NCBI GenBank assembly: GCA_013239625.1
Contig: MU054001.1
Location: 310,001-374,000, forward strand
Direction of reading: 5' to 3'
Length of the DNA stretch: 64,000 nt
Origin: Lama guanicoe
Taxonomy: Eukaryota
Shown: one piece after another, positions 14,411-26,300 of the stretch
Layout: the number at the start of each line of letters is the position of its first letter
Position numbering within the stretch: position 1 is the stretch's first letter
Position numbers and translations under genes: made by a program
Notes under the pieces: model-generated
Told to the model about the DNA's origin: nothing
The model's input: only the letters and a program-made list of their open reading frames with translations
Databases searched by the model: none

Positions 14411-14698
14411 TCAGCAGGGATTCAAACCCAGGACTGCCCGATTCCGAAGATCCTGCTCTTACAACACGTGCTCCACAATGTGAGTTCCTAAATCAGTGTT
14501 GTCACCTGTGTTCTAAAGTAAGCATGTGGGCCAGGCAGGATGGGCTAGGTTATGCTGCAGTAACAAACAACTGAAAATCTCACTGCCTTAAGACAACAAA
14601 GACAGAATTCTGGCACCTTGCTGTTCCCTGGGAGGTCAGGTGGAAGGCTATGCCCATCCATCTCCTCATTCAGGGACCCAGGCTGCTCAGGCCTCCTC
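14411..14698 (+). repeat. Left copy of a long-range inverted duplication (partner 30721-31029)
   Basis: Colinear with the reverse complement of 30721-31029; perfect 39-bp core (14553-14591 / 30822-30860) and perfect 22-bp block (14411-14432 / 31008-31029). Confidence 0.9.
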
Positions 14699-14910
14699 CT
14701 CCTAGCAATGCACCTGTGGTCTAGTTGGACAGGAGCCTGGGGTGCCGAGAATTAAGTCACGTCTTAAAGGCTGAGCATTTTGTGGCAGAGTGGGGCAGGT
14801 GGGGGAAGGGAGTTGGTGGGAGGGATGTCAAGCCCCTTGTCTTACGGCTCCAAAATCTTGCACCAAGTAATTCAGACCTACTCTTGGATCACATTGTATT
14901 GGTTTTAGCT
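14524..14910 (-). mobile_element. MLT1J/K-like LTR
   Basis: GGCTAGGTTATGCTGCAGTAACAAACAAC terminus. Confidence 0.75.
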
Positions 14911-15029
14911 TCTTCAAAAGACATTTCATAGCTTTGGGTGTAGTACCTTTTGTTCCCTTGTTGATTCCTTTAGATTATCTACTTACCCTGTACTTCTGCT
15001 TTTCCAATATGCACTTGTTTATTCTGTTT

Positions 15030-16780
15030 TTTTGTCCTAAGACACTGGTTAGAACCTCCAGTACAAAGTTAAGTGAAGGCAAGAATTTGTCTTGTTCCTG
15101 ATCTTAGACGGAATGCGTTTAGCATTTCACCATTAAGTATAAACTTAGCTGTCGAATTTTTCATAGCTGCCCTTTTGCATATGCCCTTAAAAAGTTTTTC
15201 TATTCTTAGTTCACTGAGAGTTTTTGTTATGAATGGATTGAATCTTCTCAGATGTGTTCTCTGAATCTATTGATGTGAATGTAAATTGTTTCCTCTTTAT
15301 TCTTTTAATATGCTGAATTACATTGATTTTCAAATGTTAAACCAATCTTGCATTCCTGGAATAAACCCTACTGGGTCACACTGTATTATCCCTTTTTATA
15401 TATTGCTGGATTCAACTGCTAACAATTTGTTAAGAATTTCTGTATTTCTGTGTTCATGTTCATTAAGGATATTGTTACATAATATTTATGAATGGCTTTA
15501 GTATTACAATAATGCTGACCTAATACAATGAGTTGGGAAATTTATCTTCCTTTATTTCCTAAAAGGGTTTGTATGGAACCCTTTGTTTGATATTATTTCC
15601 TTCCTAAATGTTTGGGAGAATCAGTGAAGTCATTTGGGCCTTAAGTTCTTTTGTGGGAAGATTTTAAATTATAAATTCAATTTCCTTAATAGATGTAGAG
15701 CCGTCTAGATATTGTTTCATCTTTAGTCAATTTATTAAGTGATGTTTTCAGGGAATTTGTCCATTTTATCTAAATGGTTGAAGTGTTACATAAAGCTATT
15801 AAAATATTTGATTACTATTCTTTTAATGTCTGTGGAAACGTAGTGATGCATTCTTTTCCATTCCCAGTATTAGCAATTTGTATTCTTTCCTGTCTCTCTC
15901 TCTCTCTTTCTCTCTTTCCTCTCCCCCTCCAACCCTTTCTCTTCAAATAGTCCAGCTTGAAATTTGTCACTTTAATTGATCTTTCCAAAGAGCTAATTTT
16001 TGGTTTCATTATTTTTTTGGCAAATTTATTTTCAACAATGTTCATGCTTATCTCTATTTCTTTCCTTCTAATAACTTTGGGATTAATGTCTTAAACATCC
16101 CCCTTGCTTCTTAAAATACAAGCTTTAGACCTTTCTGCTTTTCTAATATAAGCTGTAAAGCTAAACATTTTCCTCTAAACATTGCTTTATCTGCTGGCTA
16201 CAACTTTTTATATATTGTGTGCTCACTATCATTGAATTCAAGTCATTTTCTAATTTCTCCCAATTTCTTCCTTGATTTATAGGTTATTTACAGAGTGTTG
16301 CTTAACTTCCATATATATGGGGATTTTCCAGGGATATTTTCTTATAAATTTGTTTTCCCCTTCCTGCTTTGTGGCCAGAAAGTACGTCCAGGAAGAAAGC
16401 TGGGTTGGGTTCACCACCTATATCTCCCTTCTCTCAGAGACAGAGTTGCCAGATAAAGAACAGAACAACCACTTAAATTCAAATTTCAGAAAATAAACAG
16501 TAAATAAATTTTTAGTATAAATATATCTTCAATATTGCATGGGACATATGTATATCTAAAATCGTTCATCTAAAATTCATATTTAACTGGGCATCATGTA
16601 TTTCCTTGACTAAATCTGACAACACTCCTTGGGGATCACACAGGCCTGCACTGCCAGTTGTCCAATGTCAGAAAACAGCTGATTCATATATTTTTGTTTC
16701 TTTCAGTTTTCTAGTTGTTTATAGTGGGATGGGAAGTCTGTTATCTGTTATTCTGTCCAGGTCAGAAGCGGAAGTCTCAT
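15030..16780 (-). mobile_element. Old LINE-1 (L1M) ORF2 remnant joined to an L1M 5'-end fragment
   Basis: TGTCTTGTTCCTGATCTTAG, TTAAACCAATCTTGCATTCCTGGAATAAACCC and ORF 15815-16045 (KISSLERSIK, ORF2-like); 16630-16780 resembles an L1M 5' end. Confidence 0.78.
16441..16626. mobile_element. MER53-like non-autonomous DNA transposon nested in L1
   Basis: Terminal inverted repeats GAGTTGCCAGAT...ATCTGACAACAC with internal AATATTGCATGGGACATA. Confidence 0.75.
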
Positions 16781-16874
16781 AACTCCTTCTAAAGGCTAAT
16801 GTCATTGTGTTCTTGAAGAAAGGGACCATCTCCATCCCAAACTATACAGATCTGGATCCCTGATTCCCATATAG

Positions 16875-17070
16875 CAGTGCTTCCACAAGATGCTCCAGGT
16901 AAAAAAGAGTTTCTGGGTCAAATATGTTTAGGCAATGACACATTCTATACTTTCCTCTTAGAGACTCGCTATGCCCATTAGCTTATTTAAGGTTCTGTAA
17001 AGTTCTGCCTAATGAAACCTCATTTTATTTAGATCAATAGCTTCCAGCTGTATTCGACTACCAGAACCCT
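16875..17070. mobile_element. Old hAT-like DNA transposon fragment
   Basis: CAGTGCTTCC start with GGTCAAATATGTTTAGG and CCCATTAGCTTATTTAAGG motifs; subfamily not resolved. Confidence 0.45.
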
Positions 17071-17219
17071 TGTTTTTCTTTTACCTAATACTGTAAAATA
17101 CACAAATTTCACTCAGACCACGGGCTCACATTGTGCAAAAAGGTAACTTTTAACGCCGTCTTCTGTCATTCAATCTAAGTTATACCTTGACCCCTCTTTC
17201 ATTTAATAACATAAAGATT

Positions 17220-18430
17220 TATTTTTCCTAAAAGATTTGTCACTGGTTTTTAATGTGTTGATCAGATTACATGTGTACAGCAATACATTCTTAGGGTATA
17301 ATTTTAAAAATACAGTGAAAAGTTTTTCTCTCACTCTTTTCCCAATCTGCCCAATTCCCATCATCCCTTTGGGCATCCATTTTTGGTTTATTTATGTCTT
17401 GTGCGCCTCTCAAAATATCTTCTTGCACACTCAAATAAATATGAATTTATTTTCTTGTCTCTCTCCTAATAAAATATTGCACCTTGATCCTTTTCACTTA
17501 ATATAACTTGACAGTCTTTCTGTATCAGTACATAAGATAATTGCTCAGTATTTTTACAAATGCATAGTTTTTCCTTGGATCATAAACACTTGCCTTCTTT
17601 TCACCCTTTCGCTATTATGAACTCTGCCACAATGGATAGCTTTGTGTTTGTCATTTCTCTCCATGAATTTATACCTGTGAGATCAGTCCTCAGAAATACA
17701 ATTGCTGGGTCAAAGGATGCATTAGTAATTCTGATAAATTCCCCCCTCCCCTCAAGGGCTGTACAATTGATTTTCATACCAATAATACATGAGGTGTGCC
17801 TGTGGGCCACTGTCCTTGACAACAGAATATGTTATAAAATGTTTGAGACATTTTTGTAAGGGAGGATATAGCTCAGTGGTAGAGTGCATGCTTAGCATGT
17901 GTGAGGTCCTGGGTTCAATCCCCAGTCCCTCCATTAAAAATAAGTAAACAGAAATACACTTAATTGCTTTGCCCCCTAAAAAGTAAAAACTTGAGTTTTT
18001 GCCAATCTGATAGGCGAAAAGCAGTAGCTCAATGTACTTTCAGTAAAAGTCACTTATGTTAATTACTCTTGTCCATTTTTCTATTGAATGGCTGGTCTTT
18101 TTCTTATTTAGTCCTGTAAGTAGTTGTTACTTATGTTTTACTCTTTTGAGGAACTTGCAGGAATTAAACAAATTAATACATTTAATCAAATTTATCAGTC
18201 TTTTCCTTTTATGACATCTTGGCTTTGAGTCATAATTAGAAAGCTCTTTGCCCTTCCAAGGTGATAAAGAAGTGGCTCAGGGTTTTCTTCCAGAACTTTT
18301 ATGATTTGTATTTTTAATATTTAAATATTTGATCAAGTTTTTTAATTGTCCAGATGTGAGGAATGAAGCAACCTTACTCCTTTTTTCTTCCCATTGGTTG
18401 GACAGTTGCTCCAGCTTCCTGTGTTGGATA
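17220..18430 (-). mobile_element. Old LINE-1 (L1ME-like) 3' region, interrupted by a SINE
   Basis: AATTGCTGGGTCAAAGG, TTTTGCCAATCTGATAGG and TCAAATTTATCAGTCTTTTCCTTTTATG L1 motifs. Confidence 0.7.
17859..17990 (+). mobile_element. tRNA-Ala-derived SINE (camelid vic-1-like)
   Basis: GGAGGATATAGCTCAGTGGTAGAGTGCATGCTTAGCATGTGTGAGGTCCTGGGTTCAATCCCCAGTCCCTCCA followed by an A-rich tail; Pol III A and B boxes present. Confidence 0.88.
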
Positions 18431-20785
18431 GCCCGTCGTTTCTCTGCTGATTCAAGATGTGGTGGCGGCCATCAGTCAGGTAGGTTGCATTCAGTCAAGT
18501 CCTATTTTCCCTAGGAAACAATAAGCCTGCTGACTCCCTGGTCTCAACCCAGAAACAGGGCCACAGGGATTCCCCACCACTCTCTGGGGGTCTATTACTC
18601 GTCCCCTTAAGTCGTGACTTGCACTAGGTGGCGGGGATGGACCTGGCTAATCTTGTTTGCTCTTAAAATGCTTGTCAGGACGTTTAGGGCTGCACCTTTT
18701 AACATTCAAACTTGAAAACCTCAGGTTTCAGAGACTCAAGACCTTGCTCTCAAACTATTGCTTTTGCTTTGCGTTTCCAAAGTCTATTTTGCAACACGAA
18801 AGCTGAGACTGTTCTTTCTCTCTCCCTTCTGCACCCTGAGGGCAGTCCCTTAGATAGCCGGTCACTGCTGTCAGAGTGGGGATGGGGTGGGGTGGGAGAA
18901 ATACTGATCAGGGAGACCTGGGTCAAGATTTCAAAATATGGCTTCATCTCACTACCACACGGGTAGCGTGGTACTCGGGGACTGATGGTTGGAAGCTTGA
19001 GATACTTCCATCACTTGAACTATATTAAGTGGAGCACTGAAGGCCCCATTCTAGTCCTGGGTCTGCCAGGTCACCTTGGGGAAACGGTGACTTTTTATCG
19101 CTTTCAGCCTCAGTTTCCACATGTGCATCGCCCCTCCCCAGGCTCCCTGGGAAGACTCCAAATATGTCACAAAGGCAAAAGCGCTTTGTAAACTTAAAAG
19201 CGTGATACACATGTAAGGCATTACTGCTATCTTCGTTCTCATCAAAAACATTTATCCAGGGCCCCCCCCCCCGTGTTCAAAACACCCTTCCAACGCATCT
19301 GTTCTAACACATAACAAATACCTCTTTGAGATGTTTTTAATTGCATGTTAGCTCCCTCTCAGACCTGATTCATTTCTAATCTGAACAGCAACAAAGGGAG
19401 CTTTTATTGCTGAGGTTCATTTCTGGAAATTAAATTTCCATTTTCAACACTAAAGCTACTGTAATTCGCAGTGGTTTCTGTCTCTTTTTATTGTGTCTGA
19501 CAGCGACCAGCCTATCAGCGTTAAGTGGCTGAATGCGAGTATGTAAATGTACAACATGAAAAGACATTTTTGAAAAGCGGGGGAAAGAAAAACATTTAAA
19601 GTAGGAAATTAGAGCAGTTACTGGATCCCACCCCATGGTTAATGAGTGCGCAGAAAGCAAACAGTTTCTGGCTCTGGGACCTCAAGCGTTACAGCCAGGG
19701 CAACGCTTCTCCTGTTTTTGGAAGGAAATCAGTAATAGCCGCCACACATGGGAAGCCTTCAGTTTGCATTTTTTAATGCCTCCAGGGAGGACAGGGTTTC
19801 TGGTTTCAAATCTGTTAAATTTTTCTTTAAAAGACGGGTTTTGTTCAGAAACCAAAACACAAATTAGCATATTAAGAATATATGCAGGTCACGCGTTTGC
19901 ACCGGTGCTGGCAGATTTCATCAAGCGTGGCTTGCAAAACATCAGTGGGTTCCCAAGAAGCAGGGTGGGACTCGGTCACTTTTGCCTAATTAGGTAAAAT
20001 CTCTTAAAAGCCCCACATCCCATTTTTATTAAGAATTATGTACGTAAAATCTGGCCAAATGCCTGTCTTGGTGTTTAAAAGTAGCCATTAAAAGTGGTGG
20101 TGAGTTGGGAGAGATCTTAACTTTCTTCCCCTTGTTTCTCTGTGTTTTCTAATGTTTTTAGAATGGAAGAATATGGCTTTCGAAACAGCAAAAATAGGAG
20201 GTACTTACAAAAAAGCAAAATGAAACCTCACAGGGAGTTTTGCTTTTCAGTTTTCTGCCTGGTGTACAGGATGAAGACTGAACTCATTCAAATTAATAAA
20301 AACCCTTTCACTGAGCACCTACTAAGTGTGGCATGGTTCTTTCCTTCTGTCTCCAGTATTCAACTTTGTTTTTCCTTTTACATGTGAGTCGTTCTGAGTA
20401 ACCCCTCATGCCATCCAAAGACTGAACCGGGTTATGAGAACCTGCTTTGAAAGTTACATTGAAAATTATGAAAAATAAAAAAAGCCTTACCTCCCTCATG
20501 TAAATACAGGCTGTTTTGTGCCTTACTTCTAATATTCTAAGTGTCGGAGGTATTACTCTTAAGAACAGGCTTGTTCAATTAAACTTTGGAACATGGTGGT
20601 CCTGGAGTCATGATTTAGTCCCATCTTGCTTGTGTGAACTTGGACAAATCCTTCTTTTAGCTGTGGATGGACATTGGCTTAGTTGTTGGGATTAGGTTCT
20701 GAAAACTAGAACCCGGAGTAGGGGTGCCCAACGAGGGGAAAAGACAGGAGCGAGTCAAACTGAGTCATTAGGGGGAGCTGAGAGG

Positions 20786-21242
20786 CTGTTGGAGATTGCT
20801 TGCTATTTACCCAAAACCCATTTTTCTTCCTTTCCTTCTCCCCCTCCTCCCCCTTCTCCTCCTCTTCTTATCCATATTAATCATCAACATCATCACCACC
20901 ATCATCCCTGTGGTCACTGTCCTCACGACAGAGCTAGCCCCCATTTCCATTTCTCTGTCTCCCCTACAAGGTCAGGCCATGTGACTCCGTCTCAGCCAAT
21001 GGAATATGAGCAGCAGTGCTCTTTCCCCTTCCTCTGGCTGTCTGCTGATTATGGCAAGACCCTCACCCCCAGTTGGTAGAGCCACGCGACAGAAAGAGAT
21101 AGGGTCCCTGAATCACGACAGGGAGCGAACCTCCACTACTTAGGAATATATGCCTAAAACTATTACATAAAGACAAGTAAAGGTCAGTTGTGTTGGAGGC
21201 ATTGTGTTCTGGGATCTCTTTGTTACCAAAGCCTAGACTGCT
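20786..21242 (+). mobile_element. MLT1J-like LTR
   Basis: TACCCAAAACCCATTTTTC, GGCCATGTGACT...GCCAATGGAAT, GGGTCCCTGAATCAC and CTTTGTTAC. Confidence 0.7.
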
Positions 21243-22089
21243 TAATTGAAGCAGAATCGGACACCAATACCAAGAGCCTGGGGCGGGAGCAGTAGTGTGG
21301 GCCAAGAGCTGGATGTATGGGGTCTGAGTGACCCACTATACTGACATACAGGTCAGTAATAAGTGAGATGAGGACAAGATTGTGGGGCTTCATGGCTGGC
21401 CTCTATTAATCTGGGGGAATTCTTAAGAGTAAGGGGTTTCTTGGTACAATTAGCTTCTCTGGGCTTTCTTTTCTCGTCTGTAAAATGGGGAATGTTGGAT
21501 GGGACCAAGGATAGCAAAGGTGCTTCATTTTCAGGGCCAGCACTGATAGATTGGGCAGGGCTGCTTGGAGCACTGTATTGAGAAGGATTCTGAGGTTGGG
21601 TCATGAGGCACGTGATTCTCTGACATCCACGAGTCTCCCCACAGCACAGACCCCAAGGGCTGGAGTAGCAAATGTGTCCAGCTGAGGGTGACCTCAGAGA
21701 CTGGATGGCTGGAGTCAATCCATCCCAAGTGAGTCCCTTAGTTTAGCAATTTTAACTTCAAAGATACCAAGCTGTCTGCCTTATGGATGCAAGGAAATTC
21801 TATCCAGGTTTTTCGTTTCCTTTGTGTGTGTGTGCTAGGTTATTCTGAAAGAGTGCAATGAAAAAGAAATACCAGTGAATTTGACCCTGGAAAAGAATTC
21901 TCATTGGGTTCTTACCAGGTCAGACTGATTCAGACAAAGATCTTTAAAAAAATTGAGATGATGTGTTCAGAGGCGTTGGAGTGAGCAAATAATTTTGATG
22001 TACCTTAGAAAGATAAGCCATTCCACCAAGGTGGTCCAAAGGAAGGAAACTAACTCTTCTTTTTAAACCCTGGGGGAGTGGTATCATGC

Positions 22090-22230
22090 AGTTAGGCTTG
22101 GTGACCAGAGAGCCAGGAGGCAGGGTTCCAGTTCCAACCCTGTTGCCAATTTGCTGTGTGGCCTTAGACAAATGACTTCCCCTCTCTGAGCCTCAGTTTC
22201 CTCATCTGTAAAATAAGGATTTAGGACTGG
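22090..22230 (+). mobile_element. MIR SINE
   Basis: GCTGTGTGGCCTTAGACAAATGACTTCCCCTCTCTGAGCCTCAGTTTCCTCATCTGTAAAAT core. Confidence 0.85.
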
Positions 22231-22919
22231 TTTTAAAATTGTGTTCTTTGGATCCCAAAGGTTCAGAGATGATGTTTAGGGTGAGGAGGGTGCAGCTGAG
22301 CTTGTGGGGTCCCAGAGCCCCCTTTCTGATTTCCATGAGTGACCTCCCTTGTAGCTACTCTATGTGTGGGTCAAAGCAGAGCTCTAGTGATACCCTGCCC
22401 ACTCCCCAGCTAGGCTCGCCCTCCCTGTTGAGAGGTTGACTCATCAGGCTGCAACACACCCCAGGGGGCTGGGAGGAGCTCTGTGGAGGAGGGAGGCAGC
22501 GGGCGCTGCTCCAGCAGCAGGGGCTGCCATCTGAACGCTGTGCAGCTGCCTAAATATTTTGCCTCCAGGTTCTCCCCGCAGCTGCCCATGCTCTGGTTCA
22601 TCTTAATTAAAGGGGCTCTCTCATTCTGCCTCTGGCTTTTTGTCAGTTCTTTCCCACCTCCTTGACTTGATATCAAATCCCCACATTTGGCTGCGGTATT
22701 ATTTGGACTTGATTTTATTAGTGTAATAGTAGTGGTAGTAGTCACATATTAATCATAGTAATGAATATCGTCTCATGTTTTCAAACCACTTCAAATTTTA
22801 AAAGTATTTGACCTACATTAACCCATTTGCAGACAGAAAACCCACCCCCACTCTGCCTTTTCTTTTAAAATGTTTGCCTTTCAATGCAAATGTGATAAAC
22901 AGTTACGTTTCATTAAGAA

Positions 22920-23139
22920 CATCAACTTTGGTTGTAGGCTCACATGGTTTGAATCTTGGCGTCATCACTTACTAGCTGTGTGACCCTGGGTAAGTTACTT
23001 ACCCCCTCTGAATCTGTTTCCTTATTTGTAAATTATAGATAATACAGGACCAACTTCATAGGATTGTATGAGGATTAAATGACTATAAAGTGCTTAGAAT
23101 AATGCCTGGCATGGAGGACTTGCTTTATAAATACTGCTA
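22920..23139 (+). mobile_element. MIR SINE
   Basis: CACTTACTAGCTGTGTGACCCTGGGTAAGTTACTTA...GAGGATTAAATGA...AAAGTGCTTAGAATAATGCCTGGCA. Confidence 0.85.
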
Positions 23140-24075
23140 TTTTTTAATTAAAATTTTTAAATTGAAGTATAGTTGATGTACAATATTATATTAGTTTCAC
23201 GTGTGCAACATAGTGATTCAAAATTTTTATAGACTATACTCCACTTATACTTATTATAAAGTATTGGCAATATTGCCTGTGCTGTACAATATATTCTGTA
23301 GCTTATTTATTTTATACATAATAGCTTGTATCTCTTAATATCCTGCCCCGATCTTGCCCCTTTCCCTGTTCTTCTCCCCTCCAGAGAGACTCGTTTGTTC
23401 TCTGTATCTGTAAGTCTGTTTTTCAAGATTGTTTTGGCTCCTCGGAGTCTTTCGTGTTTCTATACAAATTTTAAAATTAGTTGTTCTAGTTCTGTGAAAA
23501 ATGCCAGTTATTTTGATAGGGATTGCACAGAATCTGTAGATTGCCTTGGGTTGTATAGTCATTTTAATAATATTAACTCTTCCAATCAACAACCACTGTA
23601 TATCTTTCCATCCATTCTTGTCTTCTTCAATTTCTTTCATCAGTGTCTTGTAATTTTCTGAGTACACGTCTTTTACCTCCTTAGGTAGGTTTATTCCTAA
23701 GTATTTTATTTTTTTGATGCAACTGTAAGTGGGATTGTTTCCTTGATTTCTCTTTCTGGTCTGTTGCAGAAATGCAACAGATTTCTGTGTATTAATTTTG
23801 CATCCTGCAACTTTACCATATTCACTGATGAGTGCTAGCAGTTTTTTGGTGGTGTCTTTAGGATTTTCTATGTATAGGGTCACGCCACCTGCAAACAGGG
23901 ACAGTTTTATTTTTTCCTTTCCACTTTGGATTCCTTTTATTTCTTCTTCCTGTTTGATTGTTGCGGCTAGGACTTTCAGTACTGTGTTGAATAAAAGTGG
24001 AGAGAGTGGGCATCCTTATCTTGTTCCTGATCTTAGAGGAAATAAAGCTTTTCACCACTGAGTATGATGTTGAGT
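23140..24075 (-). mobile_element. LINE-1 fragment: 3' UTR joined to ORF2 reverse-transcriptase region (frameshifted pseudogene)
   Basis: ORF 23335-23883 reads LYIENPKDTTKKLLALISEYGKVAGCKINTQKS...IKYLGINLPKEVKDVYSENYKTLMKEIEED (L1 ORF2 RT); TTGAAGTATAGTTGATGTACAATATT 3' end. Confidence 0.95.
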
Positions 24076-24977
24076 AGGGCTCTGCATCAAGTGTCCCTCA
24101 TGTCCTCTCATGACTGTGTGAGTGACCAGACTGTGGAGACGGGAAAGCAGCCCAGATGACCTGTGGCCTGAATTTAAGCTAAACTGAGTACTTACTTGAT
24201 TTTTCTACTTCCCAGCCATGCTTAATAACATTAGCTAACTCTGCGGCACCTTCACTACACAGCACACTCCATGTAGGTACTAACTCGGTTCATCGTCATC
24301 ACAGCCCTAGTAGGTAAGAACTGCTGAGGCCACTTTACAGACAAGAACACTGAGGGCCAGAGAGGTGGCCCAATGATGTAGCTACTTAAGCTCCACCTAC
24401 AAAAGCTTGCACGAAAAAATAGACTGATTTTATTTTTATTTTCCTGTCCTTCACTGGAAATACACAGATATTTATAGCAGAGTTTTCATTTTATTTTATT
24501 TCTCCCACAAAGAGGTCCAGTAATGGACTGGGTGGGCTCTGAAGTGACAGTGACCCTATTAGAGTGTTGGATCTGCTGCTGTCTGGCCTCAGTTCCTCAT
24601 CTGTAAAGTGGGCCTATGGATTACGTGAGATAATATGCATGGATGGACTAGTACAGAGCTTGGCATTCAGGAGATGCTCTAGAAATGGTGGCTGTTATCA
24701 TAAAAGAGAAAAGAAGCAGAAGCAGGAGGGATGAAGAAGGCTTAGGATCACTGAAAAAAATGAATTTAAAAAATGAAGGGTGAGGGAGGGAGAGGGAAAG
24801 AGGGGGAAGGAGGGAGAAAGGGAGGGAGACAGAGAGAGGAGAAAGGATACAGACCAGGAACTTAGAATCAGGAATGTGGGAAAATGAGGCAGAGAAGGGG
24901 CGTGGGGCAGACTCTGTTGTCTGATTGCCCTGGAGACATTCCTGAGCTCCTCTCCCTAGGCTGCCCTGGACTATGAG

Positions 24978-25350
24978 GGTTGGCACTGCTTGATGCTCAC
25001 ATTCCAAATCTCTGTTATGGGCAGGGCTGGCCACACGACTCAGTTCTGTCCACTGAGATGTCAGGGGCAGTGTGCCTGGTGGCTTCTGGGAAGCCTAGTT
25101 TTCCTAAGAGAGGGGACATCCCAAGAAGACAGGTTGCAGCCTCTCCCCTCCCCAGATCTTCCAGTTTTGACCTGGTCCTGATGGCTTGGCTGCCATCTTG
25201 AGACCACGGGGCAAAGGGTATTGGGACCAAGGTCACCTGCTAAATAATGCAGTGGGGGACAGTAGAAAGGACTTGGGCTCTTTGAGATGTTGAGACTTCA
25301 TGCCAACCCCAGGCTACCTACCTCTGGATTTCTTACGTGAGAAAATTAAG
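24978..25350 (+). mobile_element. MLT1-like LTR
   Basis: GGCCACACGACTCAGTTCTG, GCTTCTGGGAAG, GCTGCCATCTTGAGACCA and CTACCTCTGGATTTCTT. Confidence 0.65.
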
Positions 25351-25737
25351 CGTCCTTATCCAAGTTCATCCTCACTGACTTTGGGAGGCATAGGTGGAAG
25401 TCTAAATCCAGGTTGCTCAGAGGTTCCTTCCTCTGTCAACATTTCCTAAATTCTGAGCGTGTCTCTGCTAAGTAACTGTGATCCCACAATAAAAACAAGT
25501 ATTGGTCGTTTCTGGCCGCAACTCTGTGTCACACACCGCTGTAAGCTCTCTCCACGCACTGTCTCCTTTAATCTCCCTTAGTTCTCTTTGAGGTGAGTAC
25601 TGTTATGTCCATTTTAAAGATGGGGAAATAAAGGCCCAGAGAGGTTCAGTGGCTTTCTTGAAGTTCACGGCTGATAAAGGACTCGAACTCATCATTGCCT
25701 AAGATCATGGTCCTGCACTCTGTCTCCTCTCCCTGCT

Positions 25738-26300
25738 TGTGGCAGATTGAATTATTGCCCCAATTGTTTACCCTGCTCTGTATGTATACCCTTTGTCATG
25801 TGACTTTTTAGTCCAAGGTTACCATGACAAGTGATACTCATTTATAAAATTCAGCCGTGGAGAATGTGGGTATCGATCCCACTACCTCTCACATGCTAAG
25901 CGAGCGCTCTACCACTTGAGCTAATTCCCCAGCTCCTGCTAGCTGCTTTTTCTTTTAGCTTTTCCCATTAGAGGTGTAATGTCCCAGCCCTTGACATCAT
26001 AGTCCATCATGTGACTTGCTTTAGCCAATGGGATGGAGGCAAGAATGCCTGTGAGCCAGCGTAAGCCAAAGCCTGCAGTGTCCACACTTGGCTGTCACAC
26101 ATCAGGCTTCCCAGGGAGCTGCTCCCCTATGGCTGGGGCCCCAGAGTGAGCATCCAGGGAGTAGATCTGAGCCTGAGCTGAGCTTGAAGCAGCCGAGCCT
26201 AGCTGATCCACTCACACGGGAAATCAATTCTTGAAGTGATATGTCCCGAGCAAGATGTGGTTGCCGGTGGCTCTGCATTATTGTGGGAATAACTGACTGA
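25738..26300 (+). mobile_element. MLT1 LTR interrupted by the tRNA-containing insert
   Basis: TGTGGCAGATTG start; ATGTGACTTT | TCCCATTAGAGGTG is contiguous in MLT1 LTRs; CATGTGACTTGCTTTAGCCAATGG; AATAACTGACTGA end. Confidence 0.75.
25858..25930 (-). tRNA. TRA-AGC: tRNA-Ala(AGC) gene or very intact tRNA pseudogene (A54-type isodecoder)
   Basis: Reverse complement reads GGGGAATTAGCTCAAGTGGTAGAGCGCTCGCTTAGCATGTGAGAGGTAGTGGGATCGATACCCACATTCTCCA (73 nt). Complete cloverleaf: 7-bp acceptor stem with the G3:U70 alanine identity pair, discriminator A73, D stem GCTC/GAGC, anticodon AGC (25895-25897), T stem GTGGG/CCCAC. No appended CCA or poly(A); TTTT lies 8 nt downstream. Confidence 0.88.

Noticed and set aside
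17859..17935. SINE heads (also 30282, 56359, 60264) as functional tRNA-Ala genes
   Set aside because: Acceptor stems are mispaired or extended, and the copies have A-rich tails and mostly TSDs, so they are SINE insertions.
20789..21079. ORF with poly-Pro and poly-His resembling a transcription factor
   Set aside because: It derives from simple-repeat expansion inside an MLT1 LTR; no domain and no splice context.
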